A program made the position numbers and the translations under genes. Below are positions 1-9,800 of a stretch of DNA of 64,000 bases, in pieces. Position 1 is the first letter of the stretch; the number at the start of each line of letters is the position of its first letter. The DNA comes from an uncultured Actinomycetes bacterium (GTDB taxonomy: Bacteria > Actinomycetota > Acidimicrobiia > IMCC26256 > DASPTH01), in contig CAWIHV010000004.1 in the NCBI GenBank assembly GCA_963835985.1, positions 22,952 to 86,951 of the forward strand, in the 5' to 3' direction. Under the pieces are notes generated by a model that was given only the letters and a program-made list of their open reading frames with translations, ran no database searches and was not told the DNA's origin.

Positions 1-837
1 GACCACCCGGCGGGCGACGTCGACCACCCGGAAGCGGTCGAACAGGAACCGGCGCTCGTCGCTGAGGGACTCCCGGTAGTCGGCGACGGTCGCCGCCACG
101 TCGTCCATGCTCGGCGCCAGCGCGTCGAGGTGCACGACGATCGGCGGATCCTCACGGAAGCGGGGCCGTCCCTCGTGATCGGCGGTGAGGCGAGCGACCG
201 CGCGGACGTGGTCCTTGCGGAGCGCGCGCGTGACATCGCGTTCCGCCTGGGCGCGGTAGCGCTTCGGGAAGTGGGCCACCAGGTCGTCGGCGGTCGTCCG
301 GTCGTACCAGACGTCGAGCGTGCGCATGCTCGCGTACTGATCGACGTACTCGCGGTAGACCCGCACGGCGTCGAGCACGACCTGGTCGCGCTGCGAGCTT
401 CGGAAGCCGTGCTCCCGGGCGACGACGTGCAGGCTGGTGGCGAGACGCTTGACGTCCCACTCCCACGGGCCCCGGTCGGTCTCGTCGAAGTCGTTGATGT
501 CGAACACGATGTTGCGCTCCGGGGTGGCGAAGGTGCCGAAGTTCGCCACGTGCACGTCGCCGCACGCCTGCACCGTGATACCGGTGACGGGCGTCGTCGA
601 CAGGTCCATCGCCATGACCGCAGCACCACCGCGGAAGAACGCGAAGGGCGACGCGGCCATCCGCGCGTACCGCACCGGCACGAGCTCGGCGACACGCGTG
701 CGCGCCTGCTCCTCGAGCACGGCGACGGGATCACGGTCGCGCACCTCGACGTCCCACTCCGAGTGCGCGGAGCGCGGGACGTCGGACCGCAGTGCGCGAC
801 CCGCCTCGCGCCGTTCGGCTCCCGTCTTCGCGGTCAT
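1..837 (-). CDS. DUF2252-family protein (3' end cut by window edge)
   Basis: Manual minus-strand translation from the ATG at 837 gives MTAKTGAERREAGRALRSDVPRSAHSEWDVEVRDRDPVAVLEEQARTRVAELVPVRYARMAASPFAFFRGGAAVMAMDL...VQACGDVHVANFGTFATPERNIVFDINDFDET. It stays open to position 1. It is absent from the ORF track because it runs off the edge. The 130..870 + ORF is its antisense shadow. Confidence 0.75.
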   Translation of the reverse strand, partial: MTAKTGAERREAGRALRSDVPRSAHSEWDVEVRDRDPVAVLEEQARTRVAELVPVRYARMAASPFAFFRGGAAVMAMDLSTTPVTGITVQACGDVHVANFGTFATPERNIVFDINDFDETDRGPWEWDVKRLATSLHVVAREHGFRSSQRDQVVLDAVRVYREYVDQYASMRTLDVWYDRTTADDLVAHFPKRYRAQAERDVTRALRKDHVRAVARLTADHEGRPRFREDPPIVVHLDALAPSMDDVAATVADYRESLSDERRFLFDRFRVVDVARRVV

Positions 838-850
838 GGGTGGTCTCCCG

Positions 851-3212
851 TCAGAGGTAGCCGTCGCTGATGAGCTTCTTGGTCGCGAAGTTGCCCCAGA
901 TGGGTGGCAGGTAGGTCGTGAACAAGCGGTGGGTGACCACCGTCGCGGTCGCGATCTCGGGCGGGATGCCGAACGCGGTGAGGCCCGACACCATGGCCGC
1001 TTCCATGACGCCGATGCCGCCCGGCACCGGCACCAGGCTGGCGAGGAACGACGCCGACGTGTTCACGAACACGATCTCGGCGACCGAGAGGTTGCCGCCG
1101 TACGCGGTGAGGCACGAGAGGAGACACAAGGAGTAGAGCAGCTGCGCGGCGACGCTGCCGCCCATGATCATGAACAGCTGGCGGGGCGTGGTGAGGATTC
1201 CCCAGATGTTGCGCACGGCGCCGACCACCTGTGGCCACACCTTCTGCTGGAGGAACCGGCGCACCGGGCGGATCGCGAACGCGATGCCCACGAGCACCGC
1301 GCCCACGAACACGAGCAGCAGGATGAGGCTGCGCTCCTCGTGGTCGGGTCCGGCGCCGCCCACGTCCGAGAGGCTCACTTCCTGCCCCACCACGATGGCG
1401 GTGAGCACGAACAGCGTGAACTGCGTCACGGTCCCCGCGAGCCCGAGCAGCACGCCCGACGACGTCGCCGCGCCCACTTCGACGCCCTGCTTCTGGAGGA
1501 AGCGGATGTTCATGATCGCCGACGACGCGCCGGTGGGCGCCACGAGGTTGACGAACGACACCGCCATCTGGAGGAGCACGGCCGGCACCAACGGGATCGC
1601 CTGCGGCACCGAACCGATCGTGTTGCACGCGAACGCCACCGACGTCGTCTGCGCGAGCACGAAACCGACGACGAGCCACGGCCAGTCGGCGGTCTTCAGC
1701 GTGGCCCAGAGCTCGCTCAGGCTGCCGACCTGACCGAGGATGACCCACAGCGCGAAGAGCAGCGCGACGACCATCACGATGTTCAGCGGCTTGACCCGCC
1801 GCAGCTCGATCGGCTGCACGAGCTCGCCGTCGGTACGCGCCGCGACCGCGGTGGTGAGCTCGTCGAGCAGTCCCTTCTGCGCGCGCAGCGCACGGCGAGC
1901 CTCCGGAGTGAGCGCAGGCTTGGTGAGATAGCGCTGCGCCACGCGCAGCTCGTCGGCGGTGAGGACTCGCGCGGCGGCGTCGACCGCTGGTCCGGCGCCG
2001 GTGCGCAGCGCGGTGGACACGAGCGCCTGTGCGACATCGAGGTCGAGTCGGGCTTCGGACGCGGAGATCGAGCCCTTGTCGATGTCGACGATGGTCGCGG
2101 TCCCCTCGCCCACCAGGACGTGTTCGCCGTCCAGGGCACCGTGGGCGACGCACGCGTCGTGCAAGCGCCGGACGTCGTCCCACAGCGCGGTCACGCCGGT
2201 GGTCAGGTCGGATCCGTCGCCGATCTCGGCGAGCGAGGGGTGGTCGGGTTGGTCGAGGGCGAGGAGCACGGCGGAGGGTCCGGCGATCCCTGCGGCGACG
2301 ATCGCCGGGACGTGGGCGCCGGCATCGCGCACGGCGAAGAGGCAGACCGCCTCGTGCTCGACCTGCTGGAGGCGACTGAGCGTGAGCGTGGGGCCGGAGT
2401 CCTTGTAGGCGAGGAACCGCCAGGCCTTCGCCACCAACCGGGTGTCAGCGGCGTCCCGTCCGTAGACGCGCACGCGCAACGGTGGTCCGTCGGGCCGCGA
2501 CGCGAGCACCATGGTCGAGCCGGTCGGTTGTTCGGGCGTGAGCTCGACGGCGGTCGTCACGACCCCGAGCTCCGCGAGCGCGGCGCCGACCTGGGCCATG
2601 GTCGGCCGCCCGGCCGGGGACCCCGAGCGCGAGGTGCACGATCGCGGCGACGCCCCATCCGACGGCCACCGCGCCGACCACCGCGTCGACGCCGCCGAGG
2701 CCGAGGACCAGCGCGCCCGGCGTGACCACCAGCAGGACCAGCTGCCCGCAGCGCCGGACCGGACGGGTCAGGAAGGGGCTCGCAACCAGCACGACCGCCG
2801 CGAGCACCGCGAGACGCACGGTCGGATAGGAGGTGGTGTCGTCGCTCGAGAACGCCTTCCCGAGCGCAGACCAGACGTCGGCTCCTGCCACGGTGAACGC
2901 CAGGAACTTCGCGACGAACCACGCGAGCACCCCGCTCGCGGCGATCACCGTCGCGAGCCGGTAGCGCCGCGCCACCAGGGCGGCGACGACCACCAACGCG
3001 AGGCCCCACAGATATCCGACCGCGAGCGCGACCTCGAACACACCGTCGAACGAACCCGGCAACGTGGCGAAGAAGGCGTCGAGCGTGGCCTCCGCCGACC
3101 GCAGGAACTGCGGATTCGCCGCGGTGATCGCCACGAGGACCGCCGCGAGCACGAGCCGCACCCAGTCGCCGGTGAGGCGTCGGTACGGCCGCTCGTCCGC
3201 GTGACCGAACAC
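851..3212 (-). CDS. Polytopic membrane protein with N-terminal TM domain, kinase-like (probable pseudokinase) domain and C-terminal LPG-synthase-TM/UPF0104 flippase-like domain; frame broken by one extra base (paralog 1)
   Basis: ORFs 851..2599 and 2445..3374 join if one C of the CCCC run at 2621-2624 is dropped, giving ...IVHLALG|SPAGRPTMAQVGAALAELG. This is colinear with the paralog at 49811 (HLVFGSPGGRPTTAQVEATLVELG). The GTG at 3212 aligns with the paralog N-terminus (ERPYRRLTGDWVRL vs EQPYRRRTSDWVRL). The C-terminal LVPVPGGIGVMEAA motif is typical of UPF0104. Corrected length is 786 aa. Confidence 0.8.
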
Positions 3213-3278
3213 ACCCCGTCGCGAGGGGTCGCGCCGGGTGCCCTGGGCGCTCACGCGGCGGACCCTAGTCTCGGCACC

Positions 3279-4064
3279 ATGCGACGTGTTGCCCCGCTCG
3301 CCGTGTTCGTCGTCCTTGCCTCCGCGACGACCGGAGGGTTCGGATCGACCGCGAGCGCGGCCTCGAGCGCGCATCCACCACTGCGCGGCACCAACTGGGT
3401 GCTCACCGATCGCGTGTCGATCGGGACGCCGCTCGACGGCGTGGCGGTGAACGCGGTCTTCGGCGCGAAGCGCGTCGAGGGCAGCTCGGGGTGCAACGGC
3501 TACAGCAGCTCGTACACGACCAACGGCTCCCGTATGACGATCACCAACGACGGCGTGAGCACCCTGATCGCGTGTGAGGGTGCTGCCGGCAAGGTGGAGC
3601 CGAAGTACCTCGCGGCGTTGACGCGCGTCGGCCGCTGGCGCATCCGCAACACCACGCTCACGCTCTCGACCCGCGCCGGGCGCCGCCTGCTCGTGTACCG
3701 CGCGTCGACGGGCGAACAGGCCCTCCGTGGCAGCTGGGACGTGACCGGGCTCTACACCGGCGACGCCATCTCCTCACCGGTGCCGGGCAGTGCCCTCACC
3801 CTCGAGTTCGCCGGCGCCACGGTCTCCGGCGACAGCGGCTGCAACACCTACAGCGGGCCGGTGAAGCTCACCGGCGCCGACAGCATCGCGCTCGGTCCGT
3901 TGGCTTCCACGTTGCGGGCGTGCGCCGACCCCGCCGTCGACGCGCAGGAGCAGCAGTACCTCGCCGCGCTGGGACTGGCGAAGACGTACCAGGTGACCGG
4001 CGACAAGCTCACCCTCTTCCGTGACGGCGGCACCATCGCCGTCACCGCAACTCGCGCCAAGTAG
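3279..4064 (+). CDS. Secreted tandem META-domain (HslJ-like) protein
   Basis: ATG at 3279 inside ORF 2511..4064. Signal-like MRRVAPLAVFVVLASATTGGFGSTASA. Two repeats carry the GCNxYS motif (SSGCNGYSSSY and DSGCNTYSGPV). Confidence 0.85.
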   Translation: MRRVAPLAVFVVLASATTGGFGSTASAASSAHPPLRGTNWVLTDRVSIGTPLDGVAVNAVFGAKRVEGSSGCNGYSSSYTTNGSRMTITNDGVSTLIACEGAAGKVEPKYLAALTRVGRWRIRNTTLTLSTRAGRRLLVYRASTGEQALRGSWDVTGLYTGDAISSPVPGSALTLEFAGATVSGDSGCNTYSGPVKLTGADSIALGPLASTLRACADPAVDAQEQQYLAALGLAKTYQVTGDKLTLFRDGGTIAVTATRAK

Positions 4065-4075
4065 CCGAAACCGGC

Positions 4076-4108
4076 GTCGAACTTGCGGCGTAGTTCCGCA
4101 ACTTCGAC
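4076..4108. terminator. Hairpin between convergent genes (putative bidirectional terminator)
   Basis: gtcgaacttgcgg-cgtagtt-ccgcaacttcgac forms a 13-nt inverted repeat with one central mismatch. It lies between the META gene stop (4064) and the ADH stop (4129). No U-tract. Confidence 0.45.
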
Positions 4109-4128
4109 GCATGTTGGTCGACGTGGGG

Positions 4129-5364
4129 TCAGTTCTGGCGTTGGTCGAAGGCGACCTTGATGGCGCCGGAGCCGGCCTGGGTCGCGAGCACCTCGAACGC
4201 GTCGCGCCACGACTCGTCGAGCGGGAACGTGTGCGTGAGCATCCCGCTCATGTCGATGCGCCCCGCCTCCACCAGATCGAGGTAGTGGTGGATGCCGTGC
4301 TTGCGCACGCCGTCGACCTCCTCGATCCCGAACGCGTTCGACCCCACCCAGCTGAGCTCCTTGAAGTACAGCGGCGTGTACTCCCAGTTGGTGGTGCCGT
4401 GCACACCCGCCTTCACGATCGTGCCGTGCGCCTTCAACAGGCGGACGCCGACCTCGAGCGTCTCCTTCTTCGAGATCGTGTCGTAGACGACGTCGATCCC
4501 ACCGGGGAACGCCATCGGGAGTCCGGTGTGCGACGCCAGCCGCCCACCCGACCACTTCGCGGCCTGCTCGATGACCGACTCGGCGGGCTCGTGGGCGAAC
4601 ACCTCGTGCGCGCCGAGCTTGCGAGCGAGGTCGGCCTGGGCGCCGAAGCGGGCGACGACGCCGACCTCGACGTCGGGGTAGAGCGCACGCACGATCGCGA
4701 TCGCGCACGATCCGAGCGCGCCGGCGCCGTACACCAACACCTTCCCGCCCGGAGGCGGGGCGTGACGCGTCACCGCGTGCAGCGACACCGCGAACGGATC
4801 GGCGAAGACGGCGACCTCGTCGGGGATCGAATCGGGGACCGGGAACAACATCGAGGGGTGCGCGGGCATGAGGTTGGCCCAGCCACCGGGGACGTCGCTC
4901 GACGTGCCGATGTGGATCCCGGGCGCGAGCGGCGGGGTCTGGAAGTTCCAGCACAGGCTCAGGTCACCGACCTCGCACGCCGGGCAGACCGGTGACACAC
5001 CGCGGGGCACGCACGACAGCCACGGGTTGAGCACCACCCGATCGCCGATCGCGACGCCCTCGGCCTCGGGACCCAGCGCCACCACTTCGGTGACCACCTC
5101 GTGGCCGAGCACCTGGGGCATCGACGAGAACTCCCGCATCGGGTTGTCAGCGCCACCCTCGCCCCAGTCCATGAAGACCTGCTTGGCGTCGGAACCGCAG
5201 ATGCCGGTGAGGCGCGGTGCGGTGATCACCCAGTCGGGCCGGAGGAAGCCGGGATCCGGCATCTCGACGTAGTCCATCGGGGTGCGCTCGAGCGCGGCGA
5301 GCAGGGGGTTGTCCGTCGTGATCTCGCGGTTGCGCGGCGCGACGCCGAAGAGCAGTGCATGCAT
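4129..5364 (-). CDS. Zinc-dependent alcohol dehydrogenase / MDR-family oxidoreductase
   Basis: Intact 411-aa ORF. Zn-ADH signatures: GICGSDAKQ, GHEVVTEVVALG, CPACEVGDLSLC (structural Zn Cys cluster) and the VLVYGAGALG Rossmann motif. Confidence 0.9.
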   Translation of the reverse strand: MHALLFGVAPRNREITTDNPLLAALERTPMDYVEMPDPGFLRPDWVITAPRLTGICGSDAKQVFMDWGEGGADNPMREFSSMPQVLGHEVVTEVVALGPEAEGVAIGDRVVLNPWLSCVPRGVSPVCPACEVGDLSLCWNFQTPPLAPGIHIGTSSDVPGGWANLMPAHPSMLFPVPDSIPDEVAVFADPFAVSLHAVTRHAPPPGGKVLVYGAGALGSCAIAIVRALYPDVEVGVVARFGAQADLARKLGAHEVFAHEPAESVIEQAAKWSGGRLASHTGLPMAFPGGIDVVYDTISKKETLEVGVRLLKAHGTIVKAGVHGTTNWEYTPLYFKELSWVGSNAFGIEEVDGVRKHGIHHYLDLVEAGRIDMSGMLTHTFPLDESWRDAFEVLATQAGSGAIKVAFDQRQN

Positions 5365-5469
5365 GCCCGCATGGTCGCGTTTCGCCGCGCCAAGGGCGCA
5401 AACGCCCCTACCCCGAACACCTCAAGGATCACGTCCACGTACGTACGCGAAGCTTGAGATGTTCGATGT

Positions 5470-6373
5470 CTAGAACCCCAGGCGGTCGAGGGCGTGGGCA
5501 GCGCCGTTGCCAGTCGCGGTCGACCTTCACCTTGGTGTCGAGGTGCACGTGCGCGCCGAACAAGGCCTCGAGCTCCTCACGGGCCTGGGTGCCGGCCTCG
5601 CGGATCACCGCGCCGCCCTTGCCGATCACCATGCCCTTCTGCGACTCGCGCTCGACGAGGACCTTCACCTCGTAGCGGAGCACGTCGTCGTCGCGCTCGG
5701 GTTCCGACTCCTCCGCCACCACGGTGATCGAGTGCGGCAGCTCTTCCCGGGCGACGCGCAGCAGCTTCTCGCGCACCAGCTCGGCGACGAGGAACGTCTC
5801 GGGCTGGTCGGTGACCACCCCGCCCGGGTAGTACTCCGGCCCCTCGGGCAGGCGCGCCTCGAGCTCACCCACCAACGCGTCGATGCCTTCGCCGTTCTGG
5901 CTCGAGAGGGGCACGTAGGCGTCGAAGTCGCCGAGCTCGGCGACCGCGGCGACGAGCTGCTCCCCCACCGCCGCGTTGGTCACGAGGTCGGTCTTGCTGA
6001 CCACGAGCACCTTCGGCGTGTCGACCTGTTGCACGAGCTCCGCGACGAAGCGGTCGCCGGGACCGATGCTCGCGTTCGCCTCGATGAGGAGGCACACCGC
6101 GTCGACCTCGGCGAGGGTCGACCGCGCGCGCACGTTGGTGCGCTCACCCAGGAGCGTGCGCGGCTTGTGGATGCCCGGCGTGTCGAGCAGCACGAGCTGC
6201 GACGTGGGTGTCGTGCGCACCCCGCGGATCTGGGTGCGGGTGGTCTGCGGACGGTCGGACACGATGGCGACCTTCGTGCCCACCAAGCGGTTCACCAGCG
6301 TCGACTTCCCGACGTTCGGCCGTCCGACCAGGGACACGAAACCCGACCTGAAGGTGTCCGGGGTGTCGGTCAT
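5470..6373 (-). CDS. era: GTPase Era (3' end frameshifted by one extra base near 5497-5503)
   Basis: FVSLVGRPNVGKSTLVN (G1), DTPGIH (G3), SKTD (G4) and a KH-type C-terminus. The ORF track reads ...DWQRRCPRPRPPGVLD to 5429. Skipping one base gives DWQRR(A/C)HALDRLGF followed by TAG at 5470-5472, the canonical Era ending. Corrected length is 300 aa. Confidence 0.9.
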
Positions 6374-6411
6374 GCGGCTGACCTCATGCGGCTGACCTCA
6401 TGCGGCCGACC

Positions 6412-7717
6412 TCATGCGGGAGGCGCGTCGACCGTCGACCCGTTGTGCTCGATCGGTGCTGCGACCTCGTCGTCGGGGACGGTCCTGATGTGCACGGTGC
6501 CGATGCGCCGTTCCTGCACGTCTTCCGCGATGAGCTCGAGGTTCTTGAACCGCACCTTCTCGTCGTCCTCCGGCACGTGCCCGAGCAGGTTGAGCATCAA
6601 CCCGCCGATGGTGTCCCATTCCGCGTCGGGCAGCTCGGTGCCCAGCTCGTCGCTCACATCGTCGATCGCCATGCGCCCGGGCACCCGCAGCGAGCCGTCG
6701 TCGAGGCGCTCGACACCAGGGCGTTCGACGTCGTACTCGTCGGCGATCTCGCCGACGATCTCTTCGAGCAGGTCCTCCATGGTGACGATCCCCGAGGTGG
6801 CGCCGTACTCGTCGATCACGACGGCCATGTGGAAGTGCGCCGTCTGCATCTCTCGCAGCAGCTCGGCGACGCGTTTCTGCTCGGGCACGTAGGTCGCCGG
6901 TCGCACCGCAGTGCGCACCGGTTGGTCGCCCTCGCCATCGCGCGCCCGGCGCACCATGTCCTTCAGGTAGACGAGCCCGATGATGTCGTCGCCGTCGCGG
7001 CACGGCATCCGCGAGTACCCGCGTTCGATCGCCGCGGAGATGCCTTCCTCGATCGTGTCGTCGCAATCGACGGTCACGACGTCGGGGCTCGGCTGCATCA
7101 CCTCGCGCACGACGGTGTCGCCGAACTCGAAGATCGAGTGGATGAGGGCCTGCTCTTCACGCTCGATGACCTCTTCGCTCGCGGCGACGTCGGCCATGGT
7201 GCGGATCTCCTCCTCGGTGACGAAGGGACCCTGCTTGAGCCCCTTCCCCGGGAGGACGACGTTGGCGACGCCGATGAGCAGCTTCGATGTCCAGCGCAGC
7301 GGCGCGAACTGCGTGAGGAACCAGAGCAGCGGCGTGACCGACAGCGCGGCGCGCTCGGTGTGCTGCACCGCGAACGTCTTGGGCGCGACTTCACCGATGA
7401 CGAAGAACAGGACGATCTGCAGCACGATGCCGATGACGACGCCCCACACGCCCGCGGCGCCTTCGAGCAGCACACCGATGAGCGTGGCGGACGTGAGTTG
7501 CGACACCAGCACCAGCAGCAGGACCGAGTTCAGCGTCTGCTCGGGAGTCTCCAGCATCACCGCGAGACGCGCCGCCGCGCTTGTTGCCCTCGTCGGCGAG
7601 CGCCAGCGCGCGGATGCGGCTCATGCGGACGAACGCGGTCTCGGCCAGCGCGAGGAAGATCGACAGGACGAACAGCACGATGACGACCGCGAGGATCGCC
7701 CAGTCGGACCCGCTCAC
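6412..7717 (-). CDS. CNNM/DUF21-CBS-CorC_HlyC family membrane protein (hemolysin/CorC-like); one extra base near 7576
   Basis: ORFs 7391..7717 (MSGSDWAILAVVIVLFVLSIFLALAETAFVRMSRIRALALADEGNKR) and 6412..7560 join as ...EGNKR|AARLAVMLETPEQTLNSV when one G is skipped. CBS pair and a CorC_HlyC C-terminus follow. Corrected length is 434 aa. Confidence 0.88.
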
Positions 7718-7729
7718 GCCACTGCCCTC

Positions 7730-8230
7730 TCAGCCTTCGAGCTGTCGGAACTTCTCCAACAACTCACGTTCCCGGCGTTGCATCGATGCGGCCTCGCGTT
7801 CGTCGGCGTGGTCGTAATTCAGCAAGTGCAGCACACCGTGGACCACGAGCAGCGCAAGCTCGTCGTCGACTGTGCCGGCATGCGTCGGCGCCTGCTGGGC
7901 GGCCACGGTGGGGCACACCACGACGTCGCCGAGGACGATCGGCGGATCGGCGGGTTCGGTCGCACTGCCCGGCCCGCGGCCGCCGGTGTCGGGATGGCGG
8001 CCGCTCGGCAGTTGGGCGTCGTCGATCGGGAACGAGAGCACGTCGGTCGGACCCTCGCCGCCGAGGAACCGGCCGTTGAGGTCGGCGATGGCCTCCTCGT
8101 CGACGAAGATCAGCGACACCTCGGCGTCGGCCGGCGCGCGCTCCTCGGCCAGCACCAGGCGTGCGAGACGGAGCCAGCGGGGCAGGTCGACCTCGAGGGT
8201 CGACTGCTCGTCGGAGGCGAAGACGGCCAT
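7730..8230 (-). CDS. ybeY: Endoribonuclease YbeY (rRNA maturation)
   Basis: 166 aa with the metal-binding motif [11 protein letters not shown]. Conserved position between phoH and the CorC-like gene. Confidence 0.93.
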   Translation of the reverse strand: MAVFASDEQSTLEVDLPRWLRLARLVLAEERAPADAEVSLIFVDEEAIADLNGRFLGGEGPTDVLSFPIDDAQLPSGRHPDTGGRGPGSATEPADPPIVLGDVVVCPTVAAQQAPTHAGTVDDELALLVVHGVLHLLNYDHADEREAASMQRRERELLEKFRQLEG

Positions 8231-8235
8231 CAGGG

Positions 8236-9192
8236 TCAGTCGTTCGCCCGCTCGTACACGTTCACGATGTCCTGGACGATCTTGTGGCGCACGACGTCGT
8301 GGGTGTCGAGCTCCACGAACGCCAGGTCGGGAACCCCGACGAGGATCTCGCGCACCGCGAGCAGACCGCTGCGGCCCCGGCCCTCGGGCAGGTCGATCTG
8401 GGTGACGTCGCCGGTGACGACGATCTTGGACCCGAACCCGAGCCGGGTGAGGAACATCTTCATCTGCTCCGGCGTGGTGTTCTGCGCTTCGTCGAGGATG
8501 ATGAACGAGTCGTTGAGCGTGCGGCCGCGCATGAACGCGAGCGGTGCGACCTCGATGGTGCCGCGCTCCATGAGCCGCGTCACGACCTCGGGCTCGAGCA
8601 TGTCGTAGAGGGCGTCGTAGAGCGGCCGCAGGTAGGGGTCGACCTTGGCCAGGATGTCGCCGGGCAGGAAGCCGAGCCGTTCGCCGGCCTCCACCGCGGG
8701 CCGGGTGAGGATGATCCGGTTGATCTCCTTGGCTTGGAGCGCCTGCACCGCGAGCGCGACCGCGAGGTAGCTCTTGCCGGTGCCGGCGGGACCGATGCCG
8801 AAGGTGACGGTGTGCGTGCGCACCGCGTCGACGTAGCGCTTCTGTCCCGCCGTCTTCGGCCGCACCGGCTTCCGCCCGCGCAACACCTCGGTCGTGAGCA
8901 CGTCGGTGGGGCGTTGGTCGGCCTTCAACATCTGGATGCTCCTGCCCACACCCGCGGAGTCGAGGACGTGACCCGCTTCGAGCAGCGCCACCATCTCCTC
9001 GAAGAGTCGGCCGACGCGATCGGCCTCGACCTCGTCGCCCCGGATGGTGATCTCGTTCCCGCGGACGTGGATCTCGACCGGGAACGCGTCCTGCACGAGA
9101 CGCAGCAATTCATCGCGCTGGCCGAGCAGGCCCACCATCAGGTGGTTGCCCGGTACGAGGATCTTGACCTGGGTCGGCGACGGTGCTGGCAC
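8236..9192 (-). CDS. phoH: PhoH-like ATPase
   Basis: 318 aa with Walker [24 protein letters not shown] and [12 protein letters not shown] are typical of PhoH/YbeZ. Confidence 0.93.
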   Translation of the reverse strand: MPAPSPTQVKILVPGNHLMVGLLGQRDELLRLVQDAFPVEIHVRGNEITIRGDEVEADRVGRLFEEMVALLEAGHVLDSAGVGRSIQMLKADQRPTDVLTTEVLRGRKPVRPKTAGQKRYVDAVRTHTVTFGIGPAGTGKSYLAVALAVQALQAKEINRIILTRPAVEAGERLGFLPGDILAKVDPYLRPLYDALYDMLEPEVVTRLMERGTIEVAPLAFMRGRTLNDSFIILDEAQNTTPEQMKMFLTRLGFGSKIVVTGDVTQIDLPEGRGRSGLLAVREILVGVPDLAFVELDTHDVVRHKIVQDIVNVYERAND

Positions 9193-9215
9193 GACGACAG
9201 CAGCGTAGTCGTGCC
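9188..9215 (-). terminator. Perfect 8-bp stem hairpin downstream of the XRE gene, overlapping the phoH GTG start
   Basis: ggcacgac-gacagcagcgta-gtcgtgcc (stem 9188-9195 / 9208-9215). It sits in the 47-nt gap between the XRE stop (9240) and the phoH start (9192). Confidence 0.35.
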
Positions 9216-9239
9216 GCCTTCGTCAGCAGACGGGAATGG

Positions 9240-9737
9240 TCAGGCGCTGACTGCCGCGCGGAGGCCGAGCTCGTCGAGCCGGCTCCCGAGATCCTCGGGG
9301 CTGCGCCCCATCACCGCGGCGAGCACGCGCAGGTCGTCGCTGCGGATGGTGAGCATCTGCCCGTTGAAGTCCTGCCGCTGGAGCTGGATCGTCGCGGCGT
9401 ACCGCGCGATCACTGCCGCGTCGTCGTCGTCGATCTCGTGCAGGCGCACCAGGTCGATGGTGAACCCGTCGCCCGCGATGCCGATCGGTTCGGTGAGGTC
9501 GATCTCGAGGTCGTGGGCACCCTTGGGCAGGAGCTGGTCGGGCGGGACCCGGTAGAGCTCGGCCAGCCGGAGCAGGCGCGGCACCGAGATGGCGCGCTCA
9601 CCGCGTTCGTACGCGCCGAGCACCGAGGCCTTGAACTCCTGGTCGGAGCGCGCCTCCACGTCGTGGAGGGAGAGCCCCTTCTGCCGCCGAATTGCCCGAA
9701 GGCGTTCTCCGACATGACGTCCATCGACGCGTTCCAT
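9240..9737 (-). CDS. XRE-family helix-turn-helix transcriptional regulator with uncharacterised C-terminal domain
   Basis: HTH segment VGERLRAIRRQKGLSLHDVEARSDQEFKASVLGAYERGERAISVPRLLRLAELY. I prefer the internal ATG (MERVDGRH...) at 9737 over the ORF-track start at 9782. Confidence 0.8.
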   Translation of the reverse strand: MERVDGRHVGERLRAIRRQKGLSLHDVEARSDQEFKASVLGAYERGERAISVPRLLRLAELYRVPPDQLLPKGAHDLEIDLTEPIGIAGDGFTIDLVRLHEIDDDDAAVIARYAATIQLQRQDFNGQMLTIRSDDLRVLAAVMGRSPEDLGSRLDELGLRAAVSA

Positions 9738-9800
9738 GTTGTTCCCAAGCCCCCTGTTTGCCACTCGCCCCGCTGGGACCATATCACTGAGTGCTGCCCG

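Noticed and set aside
437-2725. Very long ORFs on the strand opposite to, or out of frame with, real genes. Examples: 437..2725 (+), 5507..6892 (+), 10486..12447 (+), 13768..15828 (+), 20932..23868 (+), 23929..26229 (+), 21884..23890 (-).
   Set aside because: Their translations are dominated by Arg, Gly, Ala, Pro, Asp and His with no motifs. Each one overlaps a gene with clear conserved motifs in another frame. Stop codons are scarce in all frames of such GC-rich DNA, so these are shadow ORFs.
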